Part shown: positions 17,986-27,421 of the stretch, in pieces | Layout: every line of letters starts with the position of its first letter | Numbering within the stretch: position 1 is the first letter of the stretch | IMG/VR virus record: IMGVR_UViG_3300037092_000015 | Coordinates: 1-64,000 of that record | DNA from: a virus | DNA: 64,000 nucleotides | Direction: 5' to 3' (one strand) | The notes under the pieces: generated by a model | What the model was told of the DNA's origin: nothing | Database searches by the model: none | Seen by the model: only the letters and a program-made list of their open reading frames with translations | Made by a program: the position numbers and the translations under genes

Positions 17986-18270
17986 TCACTTCAACCCCAC
18001 CCTGACCATCCACACCACATTCGTGCCGCGCTGCTGCTGGACCACCGAAAAGCTCTGTAGCCCATTGGTCCGGGCGGATTGCAGCGCGGCGAGCACGGCG
18101 TCCATAGTGGTGAACGTCTGAGGGTCGGCCTGGCGCAGCGAGCTGGTATGGACTATCCAGCCGGTAAAGTTGGTGCGGACTCCCGACCAGGGATTCACCG
18201 GCGTATGATTGGTTTGTGCGCCAGCCGACACGGCCAGAGCGACGATTGCGATTGCGATTATGTGTTTCAT
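17986..18270 (-). CDS. Small secreted protein
   Basis: Signal peptide MKHIIAIAIVALAVSAGA. Confidence 0.7.
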   Translation of the reverse strand: MKHIIAIAIVALAVSAGAQTNHTPVNPWSGVRTNFTGWIVHTSSLRQADPQTFTTMDAVLAALQSARTNGLQSFSVVQQQRGTNVVWMVRVGLK

Positions 18271-18276
18271 AAAGCG

Positions 18277-19191
18277 TTAAGGGGACGTGGTCCAAGTGGC
18301 CACCCCGAGCGAGGTGACGTGCAGATACATCGGCACCCCATTGTCCGATGCTTGCAGCATAAGCGTGGTGCCGCCGTTGCCGCCGGAGTCCGGGCCGATT
18401 ACAGCAGTCGAATTGAGGGTCAGGATGTTAGCGGTGAGCGAGTCCCCAGCCGGGTCTGCAAACGACGCGGCCACGACGTTACCGCTGCTATCAATCGTCG
18501 CCGCGCCGCCGTAGAAATTCAGCGGGGCCGTGCTATCTTGAATTGTGTTTCCATTCAGGTTGGCCGGGCTTCCGAAGGTCACCGAGCCGCTGATTGTGTC
18601 CACCAATGTAGTCCCTTGAAAATCAATACCAACCCCCGTGTCTTTGGATGCTATGACGACCGGCCCATAGAAAGTTGGTTGAGCAAAGTTAAGGGATGGC
18701 GGGAACTCGATGTTGGCCGCCTGAAAAACGATGGTGTTTGGGTAGCCATAGACCCCCTCTCCAAAAGCCCCAAATCCCCAAGTGCCGTCGCCGCTCGCAT
18801 ACCACGGCGGCGTTCCCACTATCCCAAGCGTTGGGTCAAATGCGCCACCCGGCCCGCAAATGCCCGACAGGTTGGTTGCGAAGTGCGTCTGCCAGTCCAC
18901 ATCCTGCAACACCGGCGTCTGGCTGCCGCCGCCTCCCGTAACATTGGTCCCCATAAAGTTGGTCAGCGCCCAGTTCAACCCGGCGATGCTGTCGCTCTGG
19001 AATTGGAAGTTGTGGTTGATCTTGTTCCAAATCACGATGTATGAATCGCGCGCCGAGTCCGCCCCGTTTGTGCCGCAAAAGATGTTCGTGGTGAACGGCA
19101 GCGCGTAGTAGAGGTTGGTCGAGTAGGTGAAGTCCTGCCCTGGAGCCATAGAGGCCCAGAGCAATCCGATCAAGCAGAGTAGTCTTTTCAT
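18277..19191 (-). CDS. Signal-peptide, fibre-like beta-rich protein
   Basis: MKRLLCLIGLLWASMAPG; GTNGADSARDSYIVIWNKINHNF resembles fibre attachment segments. Confidence 0.7.
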   Translation of the reverse strand: MKRLLCLIGLLWASMAPGQDFTYSTNLYYALPFTTNIFCGTNGADSARDSYIVIWNKINHNFQFQSDSIAGLNWALTNFMGTNVTGGGGSQTPVLQDVDWQTHFATNLSGICGPGGAFDPTLGIVGTPPWYASGDGTWGFGAFGEGVYGYPNTIVFQAANIEFPPSLNFAQPTFYGPVVIASKDTGVGIDFQGTTLVDTISGSVTFGSPANLNGNTIQDSTAPLNFYGGAATIDSSGNVVAASFADPAGDSLTANILTLNSTAVIGPDSGGNGGTTLMLQASDNGVPMYLHVTSLGVATWTTSP

Positions 19192-19371
19192 AAGTCAATT
19201 AAGGCCCGCACCCAGCGCAAGGCCGTTGGTTTGTGACGCGGAAAATCTCATTGGCCAGCGCGTCCTCGATGTCGCCAGCCGCCGCTCGGCTAGGCACTGT
19301 TGGCGCTTGGCGATTCCTCTTGGCCTTTGGCTTCGCCGGCCGCATCTGGAATACCTTGGTGACGTTGGCTT

Positions 19372-22300
19372 TCAGCATGACGTGAATTTCTTGTAAGCAT
19401 CGGCAAACACTGGAGTATTGGCCGCAATGGTTCGGCACGCAGCCAAGTAGAACCCGTAGATCGTCGCCACGTCCCCGTAACTGCCGTCCCCGTTCGGTGG
19501 GGTGGGGATTCCGGTTGGCAATCCGTCCGCAAAGTCCGCTGTGACAACATTCGTCGTCGGGTCATAGGGCAGCGTGATGCCAGTCGGCAGTATCGGTGCG
19601 GTTTCGTTTTTAAGCCATCCGAGATTGGCCGGGTAAGTGGCGCGGGCCTCGACCAAAGGAGGCGCGGGGTAATACTTAACCATCGGAATGGGCGGGTCGG
19701 AATCCGGGTCTCCGGCTATGTCCGCCAGGCCGCTCCCGTCATCCGACGACCATTGGAATTGCGGACTGGACGCAGCGGTTTCCGGCGCGAACGGAGGCTG
19801 CCAAAACGGGTCCACCATCGCCGTCGGCGCAGCCCCCATCCAAAACGCCCCAAACGCATCATCAAAAAGAAACGTGCCCGGGAAGTCGAACAGCTTCTGG
19901 TTGCGGAAAGATTCCAACGGCACGGGCGGCGGCGGGAGCGAGCCGCCGGTGTGTGCTGGCCCGCTGCCTGTGTCCGCTGGCGGCGAGTAGAACGGCACAA
20001 ACCCTACCACCGCCGGGCAGCACGGACTCATTCGGATATTCGCATCCAACACTTGAGCCGGCATCACTCCCGGCTGCGGGGCACTCAGGCCGGCCCCATT
20101 CCATGCCACCGCCGGGCCGGTATAGCCTGGAGCCGGTGTTGTCTGTACCGCCCGAATGTTGAACCCCCACTGCACCTGCACGAAGTCGCCTTTGGGCCGA
20201 TTGTCATCATACTCTGGCTTGAACACGTTGTCTGTCGTGCGCAGCTGGGTTCCAACCGAATAGAGCAGGTGCGGGCAAAGGAATGCCGCCGTGGTGAAGT
20301 TCCCAACGGCGTAGGCCACTGCGCCAACCGGCACTGTGCCGCCCGTCGTCCACGTCACCTCGTCGTCCGAGGTAGTGCCGCCGACCGTCGGGTTCCAGGT
20401 CGGCGCTATGCCGTTGCTGGTGCCTCCGGTGGTAGCCGTCTGGATTGTCTGCCCGACGAGAATCTTCTGGCCGGTGACGTAATCCGTCGATGCTTCCCAT
20501 GCGCCGTATTTTGTGAGGGTCGCGGTGCTGCCAACTTGCGCGTGCGGGTTCCTGTTGCTCGCGTCCGGAGCGTAGCAATCCACCAACAGGGTCGGGTTGC
20601 CGCTGGCCGCAAGCCAGTAGGGGGTTGCCGGCATCACGAAGTTGGTGTTCGCCGTGCCGTCCCACCAAGCCGCGCAATCCAGCACCCCAAACGGCGGCGC
20701 GGTCCAGAAGCGCATCATACCGACGTAGCCCTCGCCAATGTCTGCCCCGGTTGGAATGTCGCCCAGTCTTGTTCCTACGCTCAAAGTGAAAGAGCCGTCT
20801 CCGTTGTCTGTGCAACCTGTCACTGAATACACCCCGTCGCCGCCGATCATCACGTTACCGCTTGCGACCAAACCTCCCAGAAGCGGCGTAGCAGCGTTAT
20901 TGGTTTTCGTCACGTTCAAACTTCCGCTAGAGCCAGAGCCGGAATTGACGGCGCATACTGTCGTCTGGTCCACCGCAAACTTGTCCAGCCCGTAAGGCCG
21001 GGCGAAGTTCACTGACTGCCAAATCTCCTTCGCCTCGACATACTTCCCGCCGACCATGATCGCGTCCTTCTCCCGGAGCCAGGAGTTCGGCAGGTTCCCG
21101 TATTGCGCTCCTGAGTCGTATTGGGACTCGAATCGGTTCATCCAGCGCATCGCCGTCGCTGGCAGGCTCCCGTCGAATGTTCCGCCGTGCGAGATGCAAG
21201 ACCACACCCATCCTCCATCATCGGATACGGTGTCATTCCAGCGCAACCAGTTCTGCGCGGCGAACCAGAAGTGCTCGTCGCTCCCGGCGGCGTTATGGCT
21301 GACAATCGCCCCCGAGTATAGCGGCCCGGCAAGGTGACTGCCTGCCACGTTGCTGTTGTTCACACTACCGTCTAGCCCGACCCACATGAAGCCCGTCGGG
21401 TCGAAGTATGTCCGCTGCGGCCAGGTGGAGTCCTCATTCTGTGCCTGGGTATAATCGTTCACCGTCGCCATCGTCGGCTGCGGCTCCGTCGGCCCCACCT
21501 CCACCTCGTCAAAAACGACCAGCGGCGCGTTGGCTAGCTCCTCATCCATTCGATACGGATAGATGGTGTCACTCGTCATGTTCCACGCATCTGCAAGCGC
21601 CAGCCAGTCCGCGTAGCAGTCCGCCGAAGTGTAGGGGTCGGTCAGCGCCAGCGTCGCTGCATTGGTCTGCGTATAGATGGTACCCTCCGAGGATGCAGCT
21701 GCTTCTGAATAGCCGTAGGATAGCAAAGTATTTCCCCACGTAGCCGACTCGGTGGTATCATACGCCTCCACCGTCTTCACCACCGTCTCCACCACCGAGG
21801 TTTGCAAGTAGTGCGTCGTTAGCGAGCAACTGCCGGAAGAAATAACCACCACTGCCGTCGCGTTGGTGACATTCCCCTCACCGTCGTCCGTGCCAAACGT
21901 CCACGTCCATGAAGTGCCACCGCCCGTCACGACCCCACTAACTCCGCCGTCAGAAACTAGAAGCGGATAGTTCTGAAACTGCGCTATGAAATAGAGAATA
22001 ATTGCGTCGTGGTCCCACCCCACAATTTGCGCGAATAGCCCGCCAGCATCCACCCAGGGATTAACGTCCCCCACCGGAGTATATGCCGGGTCGGGTGTAT
22101 AGCTCAGCACGTTTCCGAGCGAGTATGTCTGGATTCCCGTGTAACGCCCCACCGTAGAAGCCCCGCTAACAGTTCGTATGCTGGTCCCAGGTCTGCCGTT
22201 CTGCTCTGGGTCGGTCGGGTCCCATATTGAAACGACCCGCTCCATCGTTAGGCTTGTGATTGCCGCCGTCCGGTAGCGCACCTGCGGAGCCACATTGTTG

Positions 22301-22866
22301 AACCCCGTAACCGTGGACCACATTCCGGCGGGCGGGTTTTGAACGTTACCATCCGTCGAACCCGTCGTGCAACTCACCGAGACAATCGGAGTCGGGTCGT
22401 TCCGGTCGTTTATGCCCAGTATGCCCTGCCAGTATTTGCGGGCGTTGACCCATTTCGCGCCGACCTTGTGGCATTTCTTGAAGCTGACCTTCGTTCTGTC
22501 GGGTGAGTAGCAGTTGTGGTCAATGGCCTGGACCGGCAGACCTCCGCAAGCCATGATGTCGTTCACCGTGTCCTGAATTTGCTGGGCGCTGATGCCGTTC
22601 AGGTCCCCGAACAGCCATGCACCGCACAGTCCAGTGCTTAGGACGCACGGCACTGGCGGGTCCAGTAATCCATCGTAAGCCTGATCCGTCCTGGGAACCG
22701 GAGACCCTGTGCTATAAGTCGGCGGCGATGCCCCGTCCGACTTCCGAACCGCCGTCACGTTCGCCAGCCGAGGAACCACGTCGCATCCGCTAAGGTGATT
22801 CGGATGCGTGTAGATGATCGAGCCGAGAGGCGGCAGCCTATACGGGAGTGCGAAATTGCCAGGCAC
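19372..22866 (-). CDS. Large tail-tip or receptor-binding structural protein
   Basis: 1164 aa, Thr/Gly/Pro/Trp-rich; carbohydrate-binding-like AWEASTDYVTGQ...APTW...DDEVTW. Confidence 0.7.
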   Translation of the reverse strand: MPGNFALPYRLPPLGSIIYTHPNHLSGCDVVPRLANVTAVRKSDGASPPTYSTGSPVPRTDQAYDGLLDPPVPCVLSTGLCGAWLFGDLNGISAQQIQDTVNDIMACGGLPVQAIDHNCYSPDRTKVSFKKCHKVGAKWVNARKYWQGILGINDRNDPTPIVSVSCTTGSTDGNVQNPPAGMWSTVTGFNNVAPQVRYRTAAITSLTMERVVSIWDPTDPEQNGRPGTSIRTVSGASTVGRYTGIQTYSLGNVLSYTPDPAYTPVGDVNPWVDAGGLFAQIVGWDHDAIILYFIAQFQNYPLLVSDGGVSGVVTGGGTSWTWTFGTDDGEGNVTNATAVVVISSGSCSLTTHYLQTSVVETVVKTVEAYDTTESATWGNTLLSYGYSEAAASSEGTIYTQTNAATLALTDPYTSADCYADWLALADAWNMTSDTIYPYRMDEELANAPLVVFDEVEVGPTEPQPTMATVNDYTQAQNEDSTWPQRTYFDPTGFMWVGLDGSVNNSNVAGSHLAGPLYSGAIVSHNAAGSDEHFWFAAQNWLRWNDTVSDDGGWVWSCISHGGTFDGSLPATAMRWMNRFESQYDSGAQYGNLPNSWLREKDAIMVGGKYVEAKEIWQSVNFARPYGLDKFAVDQTTVCAVNSGSGSSGSLNVTKTNNAATPLLGGLVASGNVMIGGDGVYSVTGCTDNGDGSFTLSVGTRLGDIPTGADIGEGYVGMMRFWTAPPFGVLDCAAWWDGTANTNFVMPATPYWLAASGNPTLLVDCYAPDASNRNPHAQVGSTATLTKYGAWEASTDYVTGQKILVGQTIQTATTGGTSNGIAPTWNPTVGGTTSDDEVTWTTGGTVPVGAVAYAVGNFTTAAFLCPHLLYSVGTQLRTTDNVFKPEYDDNRPKGDFVQVQWGFNIRAVQTTPAPGYTGPAVAWNGAGLSAPQPGVMPAQVLDANIRMSPCCPAVVGFVPFYSPPADTGSGPAHTGGSLPPPPVPLESFRNQKLFDFPGTFLFDDAFGAFWMGAAPTAMVDPFWQPPFAPETAASSPQFQWSSDDGSGLADIAGDPDSDPPIPMVKYYPAPPLVEARATYPANLGWLKNETAPILPTGITLPYDPTTNVVTADFADGLPTGIPTPPNGDGSYGDVATIYGFYLAACRTIAANTPVFADAYKKFTSC

Positions 22867-22869
22867 AAC

Positions 22870-23430
22870 TCAACAGGTTGATTTCCAGAGCAGCCAATAC
22901 ACCTTGTATGGGTCTGCCGTTCCATCCAAGTCTCCCTTCAGCGGAGATCCGCTCGTGGCTGCCACCCCACTCGTAGGCACCGGGTCTTGCGGCATGTTGT
23001 AAGCCCCGCCAGAAGTCTTTTTGGGAACGTCGCAAAGCGCCTGCCAGATTCCCGGAGTGGCGAGGAGGGTTTGTGATCCTGGCAGTACCAAATCAATCAA
23101 ACCCACCGTCGCAATCGGATTCTGCGGCGAGATGCAAACGAACGTGTTCTTTTTAACCGCCACGGATGGGTCAAGTTCCTTGTAAGGCGTCTGCCACGGA
23201 AACTCGCTTGACGGCGAGTCCTGGCTCCCGCCCCGGCGTCGCAAGTTGTTGATCGCTTCTTGGTGTGACCGCACAGCATTAGTCAACGACCCTAACTGCG
23301 AAGCGGTCTGCTGGTTCTTGATCCACTGCCTGCTAGTGTCTCCCGACTCTCTATGAGAAGACAAAGCTGAGTTTTCACGCAGACGCGGAGACGGAGGCGT
23401 TGTAATGCGGCTGAGTCGTGTCGGGTTCAT
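22870..23430 (-). CDS. Hypothetical virion protein
   Basis: Coupled to neighbours; short coiled coil followed by a beta region. Confidence 0.6.
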   Translation of the reverse strand: MNPTRLSRITTPPSPRLRENSALSSHRESGDTSRQWIKNQQTASQLGSLTNAVRSHQEAINNLRRRGGSQDSPSSEFPWQTPYKELDPSVAVKKNTFVCISPQNPIATVGLIDLVLPGSQTLLATPGIWQALCDVPKKTSGGAYNMPQDPVPTSGVAATSGSPLKGDLDGTADPYKVYWLLWKSTC

Positions 23431-23849
23431 GGTTTCACATATTCCGCCCTATCCTTGTCAAATGCCGCCTGCCCGCCCACTCGTAGAGCGTTGTAAATCG
23501 TGTAGGCATGAATGTAGTCCTCACCGAGCCACAGCATGATTTCAAGCAGGAGGTTGTCGCACTCTAGCCGGGTCCAGTCCAGGCCCAGAAGTCCCTTGTA
23601 GCCCGCGTCGTGGTAAACGTATCCCGGCCACACCAGCCCGAATGGCGCAAAGCCGGGGATGGACCAACAAATACCAGGGATAGAACCCCCGTCCGTCGCG
23701 TAGCCTTCTGGCAGTTCTAATACCTCAAGCGTGGAGGTGTCGCCGGGGACGTTGCGAACCTGCGTGGCGTAGCGCGGCAACGGCGGAACGCCGACCATGT
23801 TGCGGCCATCCCGAGTCCGCACCGTGAAGTCTGGAATTATGAATGGCAC
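23427..23849 (-). CDS. DUF1353-like protein
   Basis: PEGYATDGGSIP...YVYHDAGY...RLECDNLLLEIM...ALRVGG. Confidence 0.8.
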   Translation of the reverse strand: MPFIIPDFTVRTRDGRNMVGVPPLPRYATQVRNVPGDTSTLEVLELPEGYATDGGSIPGICWSIPGFAPFGLVWPGYVYHDAGYKGLLGLDWTRLECDNLLLEIMLWLGEDYIHAYTIYNALRVGGQAAFDKDRAEYVKP

Positions 23850-23996
23850 ATCACTTCACCCGCGTCAGAACGCTATACCACCGCCCGGTCTTGCGGTCCC
23901 GCTTGCAGCGCTCGGTGTATTCGCTGCCGTTCAAGAACCGCAGTCGGGGCTGCGGCGTGCGCCGAAACAGCCCTACGATGAATGACCAAAGGTGAT

Positions 23997-24749
23997 TCAT
24001 GTCACGCGCTGGCAGAGCCAGAAGTCACTAGCAAGGTCCGGATCGGTAAAGTAGGTGTATGGAATTGTGAAGTAGCCTTTGAGGCCCCAAGTCGTGCCCC
24101 ACGAGTTTCTCACGATGAACGCCTGCTTGCTGTCATCGTATCCGACCAGCAGAACGGCATGGCCGCCTTGAACAGACTCTTTGGACAGGTCCGGCATCGG
24201 CACCACCCCGGAAGCGGATACAGAATCGCTCTCGAAGCTATCGTAAACGGTGAACCCACCAACGACGGTCCCCTGCACCAGAGCAGCCTTGAGGTCTTCC
24301 AGAACGGTGTTGTCCACGGCCCGGTATTGAAGCAGGAGTTCCTTGGCTGCGTCCGCGTAGCAGTTGGCTAGCGGCGACGCGGCGAACTGCAATTCGTCAT
24401 AAGGCCACTCGCTCTCAGGACAGCATCCTTGAGAATTGATGCTCTTGATTCCGTCCCGGATTTCCGCTCCCGAGTCGCTGTCAACACTGTCCTCGATCAC
24501 GCGTTCGTTGAAGTAGATGAACAGGCGCGACGGCATCACCAACGGCTCGTTCTGAGCGGCTTGCAGGAATTGCAGCGCACCGGCCAGCGCATTGGCTGTG
24601 CATGAACCTAGCTGGCCCTGGTCGTAGCACGGCGGCAGCTTGTCCGTCCAGTCCACTGAGGCGGGTAGCGCGACGGGAGCACGAAGAAAGCGCCGGTCTC
24701 GCTTGTCCGGCCCGGAAGGATGCCAACCGTAACAGTGGTTCGTTCTCAT
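23997..24749 (-). CDS. Papain-family (C1A) cysteine peptidase
   Basis: DQGQLGSCTANA, GGHAVLLVGYDD, VRNSWGTTWGLKGYF. Confidence 0.93.
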   Translation of the reverse strand: MRTNHCYGWHPSGPDKRDRRFLRAPVALPASVDWTDKLPPCYDQGQLGSCTANALAGALQFLQAAQNEPLVMPSRLFIYFNERVIEDSVDSDSGAEIRDGIKSINSQGCCPESEWPYDELQFAASPLANCYADAAKELLLQYRAVDNTVLEDLKAALVQGTVVGGFTVYDSFESDSVSASGVVPMPDLSKESVQGGHAVLLVGYDDSKQAFIVRNSWGTTWGLKGYFTIPYTYFTDPDLASDFWLCQRVT

Positions 24750-24954
24750 TTTACGGCGTCAAAAACGAACCCCTCTCGAAATGCTGCTTCGCTGCCGAAC
24801 CAAGACAGTATCGGGTCCATAGAAAACGAAGTGACGGTCGCCACTTCAACCTCATGGGTGTCCGCGTCCTCGATCACCCCAATTACCTTGTGCCGCAGGA
24901 ACTTCACCGGCCCCGCAGGTTGCTTCCACCAATGGCCTTGTTTAATCTCCATTT

Positions 24955-25413
24955 TCATAGTCTCCACACCAGCCCAGCCACCAGCCACGGGCTTCGTTCC
25001 GTCGTTGCCTTAACCACCCCGAGCGTCAGGTCCAGCGTCTTGACCGGCGTGTCCACCGAGATTCCACCATAGGCCAGCCCGACTGCCGACCCACTGCCAG
25101 AGCCATAAAGCCCCGTAGCCGCCCCAGTGCCCATCCAGGGTGTAATCGTCACCGGCCCGAGCGTCAGCGGGTACTTCAGTTGGAAGTTGGCCGACGGCAT
25201 CGCCACGGTAACCGGGCGCGGGAAGTAGTAGAACCCCACCCCGGCCCCGACGTAGGGCGTGGCGTTGTAGATCGCCAGAACGCCCGCGCCAATCTGCCGG
25301 GTGCCCGCGTCGTAGAGGCCGAACGCCGCCACATCGAAGCCGTTAGTCTGCGCCCGCGCTGCCGGGCACAGCAGCGCGGCGGCAAGGGCGATGAATGCCG
25401 CAAGGCGCTTCAT
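24955..25413 (-). CDS. Secreted outer-membrane beta-barrel-like protein
   Basis: Signal peptide, alternating hydrophobic beta pattern, ends VAGLVWRL. Confidence 0.6.
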   Translation of the reverse strand: MKRLAAFIALAAALLCPAARAQTNGFDVAAFGLYDAGTRQIGAGVLAIYNATPYVGAGVGFYYFPRPVTVAMPSANFQLKYPLTLGPVTITPWMGTGAATGLYGSGSGSAVGLAYGGISVDTPVKTLDLTLGVVKATTERSPWLVAGLVWRL

Positions 25414-25414
25414 A

Positions 25415-25873
25415 CTAACGCAAATGTGGCGGGAGCAACTGGGCGGAGACGCGGCGCACGGCGGCGGGTGCGGCGACGGGCGGTAGCCCGGCGGTCAGCC
25501 CGGCGCACGTCGCTTGCAGGTAAGGCTCCATCGCGGTAGTCGCGTTGGTGCCAATGAGCGACCAGACGCCTTCATAGGCCAAGAGGGCACCGTCCACGAT
25601 CAGCTTGGAGTTGCTGTTCGTGATTCCAGCAGCCGACAGGTCGTTGACGATGGTGGCCGGGTTGACGTTGGTGCTGGATGCTTCGGCGCAGATTACGTCA
25701 CGCGCCAGGGCCACATCGGGAGCCGCTTGCGGATAAACATCCAGGCCGACTTGAACCCCAGTGGAGACGGCGGTTTGCAGCGCGGCGGGCGTCATGACTG
25801 AGGTGGTGGAGCATCCGGTCAGCGCGAGGCCGGCCAGGAGCGTGAGGGTGAGTAGTGCTGTTTTGAACTTCAT
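25415..25873 (-). CDS. Lipoprotein (possible spanin-like)
   Basis: Lipobox LALTG-C. Confidence 0.7.
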   Translation of the reverse strand: MKFKTALLTLTLLAGLALTGCSTTSVMTPAALQTAVSTGVQVGLDVYPQAAPDVALARDVICAEASSTNVNPATIVNDLSAAGITNSNSKLIVDGALLAYEGVWSLIGTNATTAMEPYLQATCAGLTAGLPPVAAPAAVRRVSAQLLPPHLR

Positions 25874-26217
25874 AGTTTGTCTTTCTTTGGTTGTGCCTTG
25901 CGGCGGTTTAACTGTTCTTGAATCGCTTTAATTGAGTCTTGACAGGCGGCGATGTAGGAGAGGTCTTGTTTCTCCGGCGCTGCCTCAATCTTGGCCTTCT
26001 CTACGGCTTTGACAAGCTCTATGGCGAGTTCCAATCCGCCGGCCAGAGACTCGTTCGCCAGGTCAACGGAATGGTGCCCTATCCAGTCCGCGATGGCGAT
26101 GTCCTCGTTCGCGGCCCCGGATCGGTAATGGCCTTGCTCCGTGTCGAGTCCCCATTCGCGCGCGCCGTCGCCATTCACGGCAGCCTGCGCTTTAAGCCAT
26201 TCCAGAAGTAGGCCCAC
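25870..26217 (-). CDS. Hypothetical protein
   Basis: ATGA coupling to the lipoprotein gene. Confidence 0.55.
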   Translation of the reverse strand: MGLLLEWLKAQAAVNGDGAREWGLDTEQGHYRSGAANEDIAIADWIGHHSVDLANESLAGGLELAIELVKAVEKAKIEAAPEKQDLSYIAACQDSIKAIQEQLNRRKAQPKKDKL

Positions 26218-26259
26218 GGTAATGAAATTGGTGCCCGTGACACCGCACGGGCGACGGGG

Positions 26260-26574
26260 TTAGGCAGCCGGAGCCGCCGGAGTGTTCGCCACGACCGCAG
26301 CAGCCATAGCCGCCTTGTCGGTGTCGATCTTGGCCTTCAACGCGGCCAACTTGACCGGGTCGGTGCCCGCCGCCGCCAAAGCGGCAGAGAGGTTAGTCAG
26401 CAAGGTCGTCATGCTGGCTTCGACCGTTTCTTCATCTTCAACATCAGCGATGATGTCATCCAATAATGCCATGATACGTTTCTCCATGTTTGCCAGGTCT
26501 TTGCGTGTTGCCAGTGGCGACTCGGGCCTGCGAGAGTCGTCAGGGACATCTTTTGGGCTGTGGATTGGGTCCAC
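26260..26574 (-). CDS. Small helical protein
   Basis: MALLDDIIADV...AAAVVANTPAA. Confidence 0.6.
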   Translation of the reverse strand: MDPIHSPKDVPDDSRRPESPLATRKDLANMEKRIMALLDDIIADVEDEETVEASMTTLLTNLSAALAAAGTDPVKLAALKAKIDTDKAAMAAAVVANTPAAPAA

Positions 26575-26578
26575 AGGC

Positions 26579-26836
26579 TTACCAGTGGATGAACCCGTGT
26601 CCGGTGATACTGAACAGCAGGTTGATCGCCCAGATCAGCCCGAGCAGGACAAAGAGAATGTCCCACGCCTTACCGACAATCGGTGGAGCGCCAAGCTGTC
26701 CGAATATCCACTTGCCCACCCACCAGATGAGCAGAAAGGCCACGCCCATGATGAGAATGAAGATGAGGGTCTGGGCCATTCCGCCACCCCCGCCGGTGTT
26801 CAAGCTGAAATCTGCGAGTATCGGGACTAAGTTCAT
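26579..26836 (-). CDS. Two-TM membrane protein (holin-like)
   Basis: Two hydrophobic helices. Confidence 0.6.
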   Translation of the reverse strand: MNLVPILADFSLNTGGGGGMAQTLIFILIMGVAFLLIWWVGKWIFGQLGAPPIVGKAWDILFVLLGLIWAINLLFSITGHGFIHW

Positions 26837-27147
26837 AATGTTCTCTCTTGGCCTACCGTGGTTAGTTTCGGCTCCGGTGGCGAGGCCGCGCCCCCAGTTC
26901 CGGTTGACTGCTTCAAATCTTTCACCACGATGCTGTCCGTGCTCTGAAGGTGAGCATCAATTTGCTCTATCTTCTTTGAGTCCGGAGAGCCGTAAATGAT
27001 CTTGCGCCAGAGACCTACCAGGCCATTGTTCTTGGCCAGAATTTGAACCACATGGTCAAGCATCCAGTAAACGGCGACGGCAGCGTTGATGTAAACCAGC
27101 CACTTTGACGGGATGGAGTTGATTATACCGGGTGGCAATTGGTCCAT
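26833..27147 (-). CDS. Membrane protein (holin-like)
   Basis: One TM segment; coupled to neighbours. Confidence 0.55.
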   Translation of the reverse strand: MDQLPPGIINSIPSKWLVYINAAVAVYWMLDHVVQILAKNNGLVGLWRKIIYGSPDSKKIEQIDAHLQSTDSIVVKDLKQSTGTGGAASPPEPKLTTVGQERTL

Positions 27148-27148
27148 A

Positions 27149-27418
27149 TTATATGTGCTTTACGATGTATTGGACTCCAATGGCCAGCACAGCCCCAGCC
27201 CCGGCAGACATGGTGGCGATTAGCCAACTCTTTAGCTTGGTTAATGCCACGACTTGCTGTGCGATTCCACCTACAGAATCACGACCGTAAATCACACGCT
27301 CCAATGCGGAGACCCTGGCCAGGATTCCCGGTGCTGCTTCGCCTTCCCCTTCAAGCAGTTGAAGGACTCGGTTCAGCTTGTTGATAAGGTCTTGACGACT
27401 TGGTTCTTCTGTTCCCAT
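27149..27418 (-). CDS. Coiled coil plus C-terminal TM protein (holin-like)
   Basis: GILARVSALE, C-terminal hydrophobic helix. Confidence 0.6.
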   Translation of the reverse strand: MGTEEPSRQDLINKLNRVLQLLEGEGEAAPGILARVSALERVIYGRDSVGGIAQQVVALTKLKSWLIATMSAGAGAVLAIGVQYIVKHI

Positions 27419-27421
27419 AAA

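Noticed and set aside
15757-20826. Long plus-strand ORFs (355, 321 and 357 aa)
   Set aside because: Antisense shadows of GC-rich minus-strand genes, with no motifs.
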